This document shows, piece by piece, positions 25,871-40,292 of a stretch of DNA of 64,000 bases (positions are counted from its first letter, which is position 1; each line of letters opens with the position of its first letter). This DNA is from Glaucostegus cemiculus (Eukaryota), in NCBI GenBank assembly GCA_976551045.1, contig CDPCPM010000016.1, positions 8,556,001 through 8,620,000 on the forward strand, given 5' to 3'. The position numbers were made by a program, and so were the translations under genes. A model generated the notes under the pieces. The model was not told the DNA's origin. It saw only the letters and a program-made list of their open reading frames with translations, and did not search any database.

Positions 25871-27949
25871 TAAAACTCAACATTGAACACTCGACATGGG
25901 TTGAACTTTAGCTGTTTAAATTATCTAGCAACACATGATCTCTGTCCATTAATGTGAACTGCTAGCGAGTGACAACATATTTTTAAGAGATTGTTAGATG
26001 GCAGATATCCCTAACCACTTATCTTGGCATGATTTCAATATCAGCAAAACAAACAACCTGTTTTATATGTCCCATCTTATCAATGACCCCACATAATAAT
26101 TTGTTTATTTTGTCAAACTCTGCCAAATTTGGGAATATTTTTTGAATGTATAACTAAAAAACAATGGGTAAGAGCAAATTCACATTGTTGAATTGAGTGA
26201 ATGCACATTCCACATATTATATAATAGGGTCAATCTATGCTACTTGCTACCAAAGGGGTAAACATGGGAGGGACTATTGATGTGGAAGCAGCTAATTACC
26301 ACACTGTGCTGTGGCACATTATTAAACAAAAGGACAACGTTTTAAATGTTATTATCTGAATAAACTGAGCAATAAATGTTAATTGGCAAAATAATGCATT
26401 GTTTTAACATATAATAGTTTAACACAAATATATTATAAATATATCATTAACAGGCTGATAGTATCCAGGAAACAGTAATGTAATCTTATAAGCTTTCCAG
26501 CATTTCCAAAGCTCCTCTAGTAGATACAAGACAGATTTTAAAAGCCAAATTCCCTTATTTTTCTCATGTTCAAGACAGGCAGAACATAATTCATGCACAA
26601 GTGAGGGCGGGACCAGATTATACTTAGTTCAGGTTCCTTTCTTCCAGTGTCAAAATTTCTAGTCCATTTTTGGTCAAGGATATGGCACATCTGCCACACA
26701 CAGACAGATGCATGCAAACAGAGGAATGATACTATATGAAGACACTCCTGCATTTCTCTCCTATGTAGCCTGAATGCCAGGGATGCCTGTTCAACAACTG
26801 CAGCATGTATAAAGGAATGGAACCTTACTCATCAATGTCATCACACCAGCCCAACAATGGCATGGCTAGCAGGTCTTCTGAATTTCCTGAGACAGTCTTC
26901 TTAATTTCAACTTCAGTGCTCCAGACAGTTTTTCAATATATTGAAATACTTTGGAGCCCAGGATATGACCAGGGATCAGAACATATCTATGTTAGGAGGA
27001 AAATTCTGCCCTGTACCAATTCTATATTGGGCATGTTTAGGTGACAGGTCACAGTCCCTAAATATTAACTGCTTCTCTTTCCACAGGTGCTGCCAGACTT
27101 ACTGAGTTTTTCCACTATTGTCTGTTTTTGCTGCAATTTTTAGCATCTGCAGTTTTTTTTTATTTCCATGGACCTCCTAAGGAAGTTCAGGTATGGAAAA
27201 GAGTAAAACTCAACAGTTACATTACAATTTGACATTTGGCAAGGTCTAAGCTAGTGCACTGATACCTGGATGAACGATTTCCTTACAGAGGATGACTTGG
27301 GAGGATGCAGTATGCCATGGATTAATGCAAATCTAGTCACAACTCCATGTACTTGGCTACTTTCTCAAGGTATGAATCCAGATTGGTTTGATTTACCACC
27401 CAGGCTTTGGAGCTTTAGATTTAAGAAGATGCCTTGGACTTACAAGTAAATAGTTATTAGTAACAGAACTTAAGGAGCTAAGGTTTAACCTTCAATTAGA
27501 GGGGATTTTAATGGACATCCAAAGACAGTCAGGTAAAATTGATATTTACTTTTCCTTCGTGTAAATATCTGCAGCTTTTAAAGGAAATTCTCTTAATGAA
27601 AAGTGATTTTGTCTGACCTGCCTCTCTCATATCATATGTATACCATTTCTATCCAAGAGGGCTGAAAAGTGGTGCGCACCTATGGCAATCCCTGTTTCTT
27701 TCACAAATGAGCCATGGAAAAAGTCTATTTTGCCAGACAATTCTATCTCTAAGTGGTTTTGCTGTGTCCTTTTGACTTCATGCCTGTGATTGTGAACTCA
27801 TGACATTTCATATAAAACCAAATTCCTATCCTCTTGAATGAATCATAAAATATAATACTAGAAGTCAAGGGCAAATGATCAGAACCATTATAATGGCTCA
27901 GTAACACAGTAAATTGGTACCTAAATGTACCATGTTACACAGCTGCTAG

Positions 27950-29300
27950 ACATGGGGTCCAGCCAAAGATTCTCTCCTAAACCGAGTTCACAACCTTGTC
28001 ATGGTCAACAATGATGGCACTGTATCTATCTGAAAGATGGGATCAGAGTCAGACCCCGGTAAATGCAGACCAGTATCTCCACTGGCAAAAGTATTCAAAG
28101 CTCATGGAAACCACAGTAAATGAGAAGCTGTTACAACATCTCAAGTCATAGTGATCTATGATATGTTTGATAACAGTTTTAGAGTGAAGCAGTTGACACA
28201 GATGCCATCCTCAAGATCCAAAAATGGAGTGATTCTCTTGATGTCCGGTTGGAAATTAGTACTTTCCTTAGCCTTTGATAATGCTGGACCTTCAGGAGAG
28301 TATGGCATCCCTCCCTCACTGACAAGAGAGCCTCATGTGGTAAAACTGGTGAGCTGCTTAACTGGATACAACTTTTTCTCAGAAGATGCAAACACCAGGT
28401 CATGGTTAGTGGATGCTCATCTTCTTATCTCAACACCTACGCAGGGGTCCCTCAGGCAAGTGTGCTTGGCCCCACTCTATTGCTGTCTTCATCAGTGACT
28501 TGGTAGATTCATCAAAAGTGATGTTCTCTTTGATAACCCTCTACAGAGTGGTTAACTCCCAATCTGAAAGACAAGCAGCGACTAAATCACTGCAGGAATA
28601 GACAGAATTGGACAGTGGGCGGACAAACGGTGTGTTACCTTCAACGCTAAGTAGATTACTCAGTCAAGAAAGCTTAATGTAGCCCACCCTCCTTAACTCT
28701 GCAAGATTATAAGGTCAGCTCAGCTCCTTGGATTTGTAATCAAATCTGATCTACTCTGGGAAAAGCAAGTGAACATGGGTGGATAAGCCAGCAGAGTGGA
28801 GTTCCTCAAGAAAATTCATCCCTATTTGTCACGAGCAGCAAATCCAGTGTTCTATAAAGCCCATAAATGTCAAGCGATGGAACAATATTACCCCATTTTG
28901 AAGGCTACAGACAAAATGTTTTGCCTGTTGCTGGACTAAGGTCAGCCCAAAGCCTTGCTGACAAAGGGTTAGTATGAGAATAGCTTACTCTACATCGGAA
29001 ACCATCTTCCACAACAGAATGTGGCCAGACAGTCAATCCTCTACAAGATCCCGATCAGAACGGCTCCATAAAGTTATGGGAGCTTAAGTAAAAACTCCAC
29101 ATTTAAGAAAGGAGCATAAAATCTGCTGGATTTGCAGCTCAATATTCTGTATAAATTCAAAAATTTTGCACACAGAATACCAGCGGCGAAGTTTAACACA
29201 CCGGTTCTCCTGCCTCTTCAGACAGAGTGGTCATCTAGAGCTCTACTGTTGTATGCAGAACTTCAAATGCAAAAGTAATCATCACTTCTTGAACCAGGGT
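27950..29300 (+). mobile_element. Old LINE RT relic (CR1 group)
   Basis: Broken frames give LAFD...YGI, VFISDL, DRIGQWADKRCVTFNAK and a FYKA-like segment in RT order. Confidence 0.6.
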
Positions 29301-32300
29301 TGCTTGAGACTATCAGATATTTTTGATTTGTTTTTTGGTAGCACAGCATAGCTTTTTCCACCCTATGCAACCACCGGGATCAAATTTGTGTCTTTGTTCC
29401 ATCCACACCTGTTGTTATGTCACCCAATATAAAAAGAAAAAAAAAATGAAGGCTTAGTAAGTCTCCAAAGCCATGGAGAAAATTGGAGGGAGAGTTGACT
29501 CTTGCACAACCCAGTGATTATCATGGGAAGGATGAAAGATAACATTTCCATTGTTGACACCCCAAAAAGAAGCAGAAGTTGCCTTTGGTGGTGCAAAATG
29601 ACCAGTAGAGCATCAGTCAACATTTATTCATACAATTAAATTCAATGGAATTAAATGAATGCTGACTGGAATGAAGCCACCTGATAAAATACTGCTCTTT
29701 TGCAACTTGTCAAGATATAATTTATCCTTTAGATGGACTTTACATTTTGTTTTAAACAATGATAATTCAACTTCTATTCTGGAAACAGAACATCATTTGT
29801 CCATGCTCAGAAGAATGCAGTCTTGTCAGAAAGAAGAGTTTATCACTCAGTTTAGGACTTGTTTGGTGTTGTTAGTGCACAGAAACCCAACAGGATGGAG
29901 AAGAAAGTTGAATTTTGAAATATGAACTGTTTTCTGTTGTGGATCAGAGAGGAAAATATTTATAGAGCACAACAAACTAGGATTGAAAAGTAAATATATT
30001 GGGAAGCATTAAATATTCTGGATTATTGCTTTAAATCCTTTGAAGAGCATGAAGTATTTCTGCATAATGACAGCAAGTGAAAGGGATAAAGTACCTGATG
30101 GAAAATCATAAAGGAATCATGATAGGAGTGAAGTTTATTAAATACAGGGCCTTCCAAAGCTGATGTTTTCAACTTTTCAATTTAAATGCCTGTCAGCCTG
30201 GAAGTGACATAAAAGATGATTCTTTTCTTCTTCCCCTGCAGCCAAAACTTGAAATTCAGGCTAGTTTGTCAGATGAAGCAAGAATAATTTATCAGAATTG
30301 CTCTTCTTACTGAACTGGAGTAAAAAAGTTATATTATTCTGTATCAGTAAATGTTATTTTAATACATTTATTGATATATAATAATCATAATATTTCCCTT
30401 GAAACTTTGTATTTGTTGGGGACCAACTGAAATTTTTGTGATTTTAATGAAGACATATTAGGGATGAATTCAGAAAGTGCTTCCAATAAACAGTGGTGCC
30501 TGAAGGAGAACTGGCTGCAAAACTGTAGACAGCAATTTTTTTTGTCTGATTAACAAAAAAAAGTAGTCAAGCACTGAGGTGAGTGCTGCATCACAAAGTA
30601 AGTGGCAAATTAAAAAAATCAGTCTAATGCTTCCTTAAATGTCTGTGATAAGTAGTGACAAGGTTGAACCCAAGGGATAAAAAGCTGGCTCTAGTCATAG
30701 ATGTAGTTCCAGAAATGTTTGAACATTACTGTATGCCACCAGTCAAAATGCTGGAAAAATAATGGGCCAAAATTAGTAGCTGCAATGATGGTGAAATTGT
30801 CATTGTTCACTGTCATTATTGCATTACACTGAGTAGTGTTTTTATGGATCTGTACACGTTGCATTAAACATAGAAATATGGCATGTATTGTCACTGATAC
30901 CCTCATCCTCCACTGAGTGCAGTGTTGCCACTTTGTAGGGGAAATCATCACAGAATTAGTGATTTGATGTGAAAGTTCAAGTTTACATGCACCACTTCAA
31001 AGTAAATATGAAGTCTTTGAAATGGAGTTTCTAATCACTCCTTGGTCCCAAAAAAACTAATCCAATTATGGGATGTCATCTGCTCCATAACAATAAATAA
31101 TCTTTCAAACAATAAAAAGGAATTATTTCCTTTAAGAATTTCCTCATGATATTTCAGCTTCTACTTAAATCTTGTCTATGCACCAATTTTTTCACACACT
31201 GTGAATGAGTTAAATGTTATTATAATCAGTATTTTTTCCTTCTTAGCTGAATTGATCAATTTAACTGGCTGCTCAGCCTGCTTGACCCTGGGTGCTGATC
31301 CCTGAAGATGAGACCAAACTGCACATCTTGTCAGATGGGGGAAATCATCTCACTGTAATTTTGGGTGTGTGAAGGGTCACTGCTCATTTCTGACAGCAAA
31401 AGTTGGACCATCATTTTGTAAATATCCATTCTCATTGCCACAAAGTGGTTAAAAGTGTCCACTGATTTTAATCTAAGTATGTTGACACTGGGAAGATGGA
31501 ACAGTTTCCCCGGAGTAAAATATGATTCAACATGAATAATTTATTGATTTGACATCTGGGATGTGTGTGCAATGTTAAAGGACACTGAAATCCAAGGGCA
31601 AGTACTGTGAATGCTCAGCCTTTTGTGTGAATTGTACTCAAAATTTCAGCAACAAAAGACTAAAGCAGACATAATTGGGTGACATCAGGCAAACAGAATT
31701 GCCCTGGTGCATGTGCACTTCCTTGTGTCACTGTCTGTTTATGTCAACCTCTTGTTATAATTTTAGCAAAAATTATTTTTTTTAGAAAAAATGACACATG
31801 CCAACACCAAAGAATGGTTTAAACAAGGAACCCAGGCAGTGTGAGGAGCTGCAACAAGTTACAAAGATTTGTATGCGATTCTTCCAATAATTACATTTTG
31901 TTGCTTGAGATAACTAAATTGTTGTTCAAAATAATTCAAAATGTCATAAAACAAGTATTGTGCTCTCAGAGAAGAAACACCCAGGTACTGGAAATGGTGA
32001 TTCACAGAACTGGATAACGTATACCACAAACAAAATAAAAGGTGTCCATCCAGAGAGACAAATTACATGCTCCTACTGTAGAAATTTTAAAGTACTATAA
32101 ACATTATCTTGGCTTAATTCTCTCATTTCCACTTTTGGAGAGGCATGTACAGGAATTCAAATCTGACTTTTTGAGGGGCACATTAAATACTCATACACAT
32201 AGGAGTATATGTGAGTGTCTTTTTCATATTTACTACTCCTGGGAATGTCCATGTTCATTGCTCATGACTCAGTGTGCATGCAATTGCTCTTTAGGATTTC

Positions 32301-34326
32301 ATATTGAACTAACCAAATCAAAACTCACAACTTAGTGTGATTGTTATTCATTTCATTATCCATAAGTTGTGGTCAGTTTATACAAAATGTTATTTTTAGA
32401 GCTGAACCAGGTCTTCTGCTTTTATTTTCCACAATATCTTAATGGAATAGACTTGCAGATAACTTATAACACAAATTGATCATATTCTGTTTTGTATTAT
32501 TTCAGAAATTATTGACCTTGCAAATAACTGTGACTTAAATTTCCTTTCTGTTTTGTAACACAAACTCTGGATGAGTTAGATACACACTCAGTTCTCACCT
32601 CCTATTTCAGTTTGCTTACTCTGTGGCACTCAATCCTGGCTGATTGACCTAAAGGCAGCAAGGATGTGATTCACTTTAATTTAAATAGCAAGTGGTGTAC
32701 TGCTGTAAATCACCAAGTAGCATTTTTTATCTTTAATGAAATCAGAACAGATGCAGTGGTTCAAGAAGTTGGTGCAACATATCTTCTAAAGGTGAATTAG
32801 GGATGGGCAATTAAAACAATAATTTGCAGGTGTGATATGTGTGAGATTTATATATTTATCACAAATTTCTTCTTGAAGGGTTGTAATTCTTACCAAAGTC
32901 TTGATAAGAATCCACTGGTGAAATAGTAATTTCCAATTTCATGCTTACATTGTTCTCAAACTATTTCAGGAGCATTCTGCAATTTAGTCTGATCATAGAT
33001 TCCCTTTGTCATTTGAGCAGATCCAAGGCATCATGTGTATTTATTCAATTTCTTTTAATATTAAGGACAAATTTTTGTATATTTAATATGGCCTCTCAGT
33101 TGCACTTTGTCACCCTTATGGAAATGGTGAAACCAGCATGAGGGAACATTCTCTCAGTATCTAGAGCTCCTTATTGTGATATTATGAATGAAAACAGAAT
33201 ATGAAATTTGTGATGTCACAAAGTTCATGATGCCTTTGAAGGATAGTTCAACTTAGAGCATCAGCTGATAACCAGCAGACTGGAATGTAAATACATAAGA
33301 ACATGGATACATGCATGGATATTTGCTTTTACAATATTGCTAATTACAGGCTAATGTAGACACTGAACAGGACTATTCAGATATTTTCAAGGAGGTGCAG
33401 GGTAAACTATTGAACATGCAGCAGAAATGAGGAAAATGGAGATTAATCCCTATATATTCTCTTCAGCACAAATCCTTCAGTTGTTTAATTATGATGATGG
33501 TTGAAAACACAAGACAATGTTGCCCAACATCAGAGTTGGAAACGGAAATCATTGGAATTCTCATGAAATTAATTGTAACAAACATTTCTTTTTCAAGATT
33601 ATAGCTTATTCTTTAAGGAAGGCATGAAATCTCTGCATTTTTATGCTGTTATCAGTTTCCCTTGGGATCATGGAACTCCGTGGCTAAGTGGCAAGATGGC
33701 CAAGGGTAACTAACATGAAAAGACTGTGTGTGCGTTTTCAATCCTACCTAATCCATCAAATGTCTGTGGAAATAAAATATTGAGTAGAATATTGGGCACC
33801 CAATCAGATCTATCAGTGTGGTGCATGGTTTTAGTTAAATTTAAAAAACTCCTCTCAAGATCTCTGTTTAGTAGAGTGTAGTACCACTGAGTCAGAGGTA
33901 GTGAATTCAGCAGCGTATGAGTTCAATCCTACATTGCTGCAGTCTAATGACCAGGCAACTTAATTTGTAATAGAAATCCTTGCCTGGGATTTCCCCATGG
34001 GCCGGGAAAGTGGAGCTTGGATGTGTTTAATTGCAGCCAGTGAATCAATATACGGTATTTCTGTAAAGGAGATGGAGAAATCGATTCCCTGTTCTTATCT
34101 CCTAGTAATCAGATATAGATATGGTAAGAGGAACAGGAGACTTGTTTCATCGACCTGTTTGGAAGATATTGTGGTAAGCAGTGTCTACAAAAGGGTAGGA
34201 GGGAAGTTAATACATGTGATTTCAATTTTTAATCATTTTAGAAATGATAGCCTATGGTGATTGCAAGTTCTCTCCCTACAATTCAATCCAATGATAGAAA
34301 ACTATGTACAGATAATTCGCACTAAC

Positions 34327-34396
34327 CTTTGCTGTCCTGCCGTGCTCAAGACAGTTCTGAAGATCAAGTTTATCATTATACATGGCAACCAGTGGT
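34327..34396 (-). CDS. DNMT3A: DNMT3A coding exon (exon 21 equivalent)
   Basis: (R)PLVAMYNDKLDLQNCLEHGRTAK, inside ORF 34276..34488; acceptor ttttttcAG, donor GTtagt; 70 nt; phases fit both neighbours. Confidence 0.95.
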
Positions 34397-36467
34397 CTGA
34401 AAAAAGACAAGTTAATCAGTTTGCCACCATCAGGTATGAACGACGACAAATAGATGAACATAAACTCAAAGCACATTTCACAGTTCAAAACACAGGGTCA
34501 AGAGTCTGTAAGTGGGCAAGGTCAAAGCTTTCTACTGTTGTATTCACTAAACTTTGTTTCAGCCCTTTTTGTAAACATCAATTACATGTTTCCTCGATAA
34601 GATGATACCAAACTCTGTTGTGTGGTAATTTTGTTGTTTTTTTTCTATAACTGATGGAATAGCATGTCTGCATGGTGATTATGAATGAGAAATGAAGTAC
34701 AGAAAATAATCATTGCAGGAAAAGTGGAAACTGGGAAATGGTTACTTTAGTACATATTAATTACACAAATATAGGAAATTAGAGAAGTATCACTAAAACT
34801 GATTTTTATGAAACAGTTGGAGCCAAATGGAAATACTGAACTGTCTCCCTCATTTGTGCAAGAGACAGCTGTCAATCCTAAATTCCAACTAAATTAGGAG
34901 CATGGATTTGCAAAGGCTGTTGGTTGCTTAACTACTTTTGGTGCAATTAAGCACCTTATAACATAAAAATTATGAACTTTCATCAAATCAAAAAGGTATG
35001 TAACTCCATTATTTCAGGTGGTAAGTAACTGACCAAGAAGTCCCAGATTCTATCTCTAGTTACTGCTGAGTTAGTGTTCTTAACTATTTTGCATTAGGGC
35101 CATGGCAATCAGCCTCAATATCACCAAATTGGCAATTTCTAAATGAGATGTGTGTTTTTAAAGTGAGCTGAAGACTGAGCTAATACTTTGTTGAGATATG
35201 TATCTGATAGAAAGATATTGAGACTTGTTGCCTTTTATCATTTAAGAAGAATGGCCCCTTGGTGACTTAGTAAGGAGCTAATGCTCTCAGCAAAGGGAAG
35301 AAGAGAAATTGATTTCATAAAAGCAAAGAGTAGGTTCTTATAAAACATTTTAAGGATGGAGCTGTTAAGTTATTCCATATGGGTAAATGCACCAATGCAT
35401 CCAAGCTGAATTTATTTTTACTGTGTAATAAGCAGTTGCAAAGTATTTCCTATGATGTAGATACATTATTCTTTTGAGTACATTTAAACAGTCACTATTT
35501 TATCACTGCTGGCTGAACCAAAATCTTGTTTTCATAGCTCTACTTGTACTTGCAGTTGACGAGATAAAGTCACCTACTAAGTGATCTATTCTTGGCAGTT
35601 AGGACCTAATTATTTTTAATTGTATTTCTTATGCAAGAATCGTATATTTTTACCACATCACATTTCCCTCACCACCATCATTGACAAAGGTCAGGATAAG
35701 ACAGATTAATTCACAATAGAAATTTTGAATGAATCCGGAATATGAATATTCCTTGACTTACTTAGATTATCCAATTCCCAAACCTATGTGCAAGAAGTCA
35801 AAGAAGAAAGCTGCCAAATGTGGCACTGTAGATATATGAGACCTTAAGAAAATTCATATTGAGATACAAAATATACATGCAGCATAAATGGGACAAACTG
35901 CTCACACTGTAATGATAGGTAATCACCAGTTAATCTATCTCTCCCTGAATATGCCTTCAAGCTAGTGATATGTTAAATGCATGAAGTAAGCAGATATTTC
36001 ATACAGACTGAGAACATTAAATGAATGAATAAACAAAAAACTGGAATTCTCCTACTTAAGAAAAGTTTAGTAACCCTCTTTATCAAGCTATTTCCTTTGG
36101 ATTGTCCTTTCTAAGGAACTTCAGTGTTCCAGAGGGCAGATGTATCTCAGCTTCTGGAAAGGTCACCCTGAATTAAGGGATATTAGTTTGTTTGTCTAGG
36201 TCAGAAATACAGTAACTGGGTAAATATTGCTGAATACAGGAGGAATTTCCACAAAACTCTTTGAGAGCTGGTTAAAAAGAGGCTGACAATCTTATAAACA
36301 TCATGGTCCTATCTCTGAGATGGATTATTCCATTACCTTGCAGGCCTTTCTTTAGAGCAGTAAAATGACCCTATAACATGTAAGTACTATATGCAGCAAA
36401 TTTACTGACTCCATATTTCTCATGCATCGAAATCGCTGCACCTTCCTCCACCCCTTCAACACTATTC

Positions 36468-36892
36468 TGGAATATGAGGCGAGGCTTAAGGTGCTAGGGC
36501 TCTACTTGTTGGAGAGGAGGAGGATGAAAGGGGACTTGATAGAGGTGTATAAGATATTGAGAGGAATAGATAGAGTTGACAGCCAGCGCCTCTTTCCCAG
36601 AGCACAGATGCACAAGACAAGAGGGCATGGCTTTAAGATATTGGGTGGAAAGTTTAAGGGAGATGTCAAAGGGAAGTTTTTCACCCAGAGAGTGGTTGGT
36701 GCATGGAATGCGCTGCCTGGGGTGGTAGTAGAGGCAGATACGTTGGACAGGTTCGAGAGATTGTTAGATAGGCACATGGAAGAATGTGGAATAGTAGGAC
36801 ATGTGGGAGGAAAGAGTTAGATTGTGAGACGTTTGAAGGATGGCACAACTTGGTGGGCCGAAGGGCCTGTTTTGTGCTGTATTGTTCTATGG
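36468..36892 (+). mobile_element. Young CR1-type LINE 3' fragment
   Basis: ORF 36422..36820 reads through the ORF2 C-terminus; tail gggccgaagggcctgttttgtgctgtattgttctatg. Confidence 0.95.
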
Positions 36893-37894
36893 GTTTTTTT
36901 TCTATTCCTTTGCCAATCCTAGAACTTAGAAACATGGTTTAATTTATAAACGTTGATATTCATTTCATAACTGATACATTTTAATCTATATTTAAGAAAT
37001 TGTGTCGTTGTGTTTATCCATATGTAGTGTCTTGATCATAATTTGTCAAAAACCAATCAATGAGTATACCCTCAGTGTGACATCAAGTGTTACCAAGATT
37101 TTAATGCACAAATCTCTGGAGTTGGACTTGAATCTGAAACCATTTGATGAGGTGTTGAATGACTGACTGAGCCACAATTGTCATGATTAACATGGTTAGA
37201 ACGGGATGGTTGCTGAAACTATGGTAATGAGGTTGCAGCTTACTATGTTCACTCCACTCCAGCTCAAACAATGTGCGTTAATTGCACATCCTGATACCAG
37301 CACTCATTTCTGAGTGCTTTCCAATTTAGTTCCCAAATCTAGTGTTCACCATTTTAAAGTTGAACACGGATTATTTCAGGATGTGAACAGAAGATATAAA
37401 ACAATGCCTCGATGACAATATGTAATTAGCATTTATTGGAGAGGCGTAATTTTAAAAGGGACAATGCCTCCTTTAGAATACCGATCAGAAGCATTTTAAG
37501 AGTCCATTGAACAATACCTCAGGGAGTCTGACGGAAAAAGACAAAGGGGAAGAAAAATTGAGCAGGGCATCGAAACTGAATTATATATATCTTAGCTCTG
37601 GGTTTGAGAAGGAATGAGACCATGATTATGGGCATTTGCTTCCTACCGTACAGCAAGACAAGAGGAAGATCTCCAATGTCTGAACTGGTTGTAAACTTTT
37701 GGTGTGTTCATCAGGAATCTTCCAGGAGATAGATCAAGCCACATTTGCTCATGTACGTGCTTAGCAACGAAAGCATTCACAGGAAGTTTCATTGCATTTA
37801 CCCTAGTAATACTAACTTAGTTGCAGTAAGGAAATATATAATGAAGGAAATGTTTAAGAATATAGAAAGAATGAGAGAAAAAAGCTCAAAGACC

Positions 37895-38363
37895 GGTACA
37901 GAGGCGATTTACCAGGATGATGCCTGGATTAGGGGGTATGGAATATGAGGAGAGGCTTAAGGTGCTAGGGCTTTACTCATTGGAGAGGAGGAGGATGAGA
38001 GGGGACTTGATAGAGGTGTATAAGATATTGAGAGGAATAGATAGAGTTGACAGCCAGCGCCTCTTTCCCAGAGCACAGATGCTCAAGACGAGAGGGCATG
38101 GCTTTAAGATATTGGGTGGAAAGTTTAGGGGAGATGTCAAAGGGAAGTTTTTCACCCAGAGAGTGGTTGGCGCATGGAATGCGCTGCCTGGGGTGGTGGT
38201 AGAGGCAGATAGGTTGGACAGGTTCAAGAGATTGTTAGATAGGCACATGAATAGTGGAATAGTGGGATATATGGGAGGAAAGAGTTAGATTGTGAGACGT
38301 TTGAAGGACGGCACAACTTGGTGGGCCGAAGGGCCTGTTTTGTGCTGTATTGTTCTATGGTTC
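37895..38363 (+). mobile_element. Young CR1-type LINE 3' fragment
   Basis: ORF 37917..38288; about 95% identical by eye to the 36468-36892 copy. Confidence 0.95.
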
Positions 38364-39621
38364 AAAGTTATAATGAGATGTACAGGGATAATAATGAAAG
38401 AATGTGAAATTCATTCACTGATTTCAGTGAGAAGAGACATATGATGGAGGGCTGATCTGAGGTTGCCTTGTTTATACTTGTGAATAAAGTTAAACATTAC
38501 TTCATGGAGTCAGTGAAAGCTTGAGAGAAAGAAAAATATAGGAACAGTGAAAGGGAGAGAAAAAGACACATGTCAGAAATGAAGGACTCAATTTTATTGA
38601 TTGCCTGTGACATACAGCAGGTGAGGAAAACCAGGTTTTAAGTTTGAAGGCTGATTATTTTTTTGATATCTACATGAATTTGCTGTGCAGAGATCCAAAG
38701 CTGGGAATGTGGATCAGACAGCCACACAGAACTGTGAAATGTGAGGATTAGTTCAGCACATACCCTTTTTTAACTTTTTAACTAACATCATTTTATAAAA
38801 AGGAAGGCAGTAGTCATTCCTGCAATTGCCTTCATCGATATGTACTATCAACATGGTCAGATATTATTACTTTCCCTTTAGAAGTTAAAATGTTCACCAT
38901 ACAAATCATCAGAATGTCGATCATGAAAATATGATTAAATATGGAACTTTTAAAAGGGTTTGTAAAATATGTTTCTTTGGTTCTCTATAAACTCTGATTT
39001 CCCTCCATAGATGCTGCCTGACCTACTTTGTACTTCCAGTATTTTGTGTTTTTATTCATGAAATATGCTCATCTTAAGAATTTCTTTAACTCTTAACCAG
39101 AAATATACCTCCAATGACACACACGTGTCAAACACCACTGTGTTTTAGGATTTAAAATGTGGTGTGAGGCATGAAAGACAAAATATAAAAGGACATAATC
39201 ACATACAATAAATGAAAACAAAATACTGACAATTTATAACTTCGGTACAGCTATCTTCCTAACTTGTTAACAGTTTTAAGCTTCAGTATTCATTTCAACC
39301 TGCCAATGAATTTCACCAGTTCACAGTCTGATAGAATATATGTACTGCAGAGATGGACTTTCTCTGCAGAAATAGGAAAATTGACCAATATGTATCAACA
39401 TGCAACTTGTCTACCATTCAGATTGTAGAAAGTATATAACACAGAACAAGATGTTTCTTGCTAATAAGAGCTCTGCAGAGGAAACAAGAAGAGGATAAAA
39501 ACTGGGATCAAATGGATATCTATGCTCCACCACAAGAGGTTCTTTGCCCATGGATAGAATATTCTACTGAGTCTCACTGTGTCATGCTGTCCACTGGCTA
39601 ATTCTCAGTATGGCTCCCTCA

Positions 39622-39723
<102 letters not shown>

Positions 39724-40292
39724 CTATCAAAAAAAAAGAGGAAAAGATAAATTTATTAATTTCATGAAACTGAACAATGCACTTTGAGTAAAACCTTCTT
39801 TCTTCCCTTAGCATCTTTCCCATCCCATACTTTAAGATTACCCAAAAACATCATATCAATTTGACCTTTTACATGAGGTTTTGGTCATGGACAATGCACA
39901 TTAAGAACATAAGTATGCTTTTCCCATGACGTTTGATCCATTCCAGTTGTGCCGGGTGTATATATACCTGAATTCACTGCCTGCTGGCAGAGGTCAATGA
40001 CAAAAGAGTGAATAGCTCCTTAGAGGTAACTTTTAACAATGTTACAGAGACAAATTCAGTTTTGTTAAATCCACTGACTTTGCTCATGAGTGGTCTGCTC
40101 GTTCTCCTATTTCTTATGTCTTAAATCTTATGCCACAGGTAACTTTTGTTTTACAGCAGTGCATTCACATTTTAAACCAGTTAAAATCACTCAGCAGTTC
40201 TGTGTATCAATCAGCTGTGTCCAGTAGACTCAGAAATATTACTTCTTTGTTTGTGTGGCTCAATGAATATTGCAGGAGTTATCTTTAAAGCT

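Noticed and set aside
30546-30604. Two plus-strand splice-donor-like motifs (gagGTGAGT, aaaGTAAGT) suggesting an antisense exon
   Set aside because: No supporting ORF or convincing acceptor, and such motifs are expected by chance in 64 kb.
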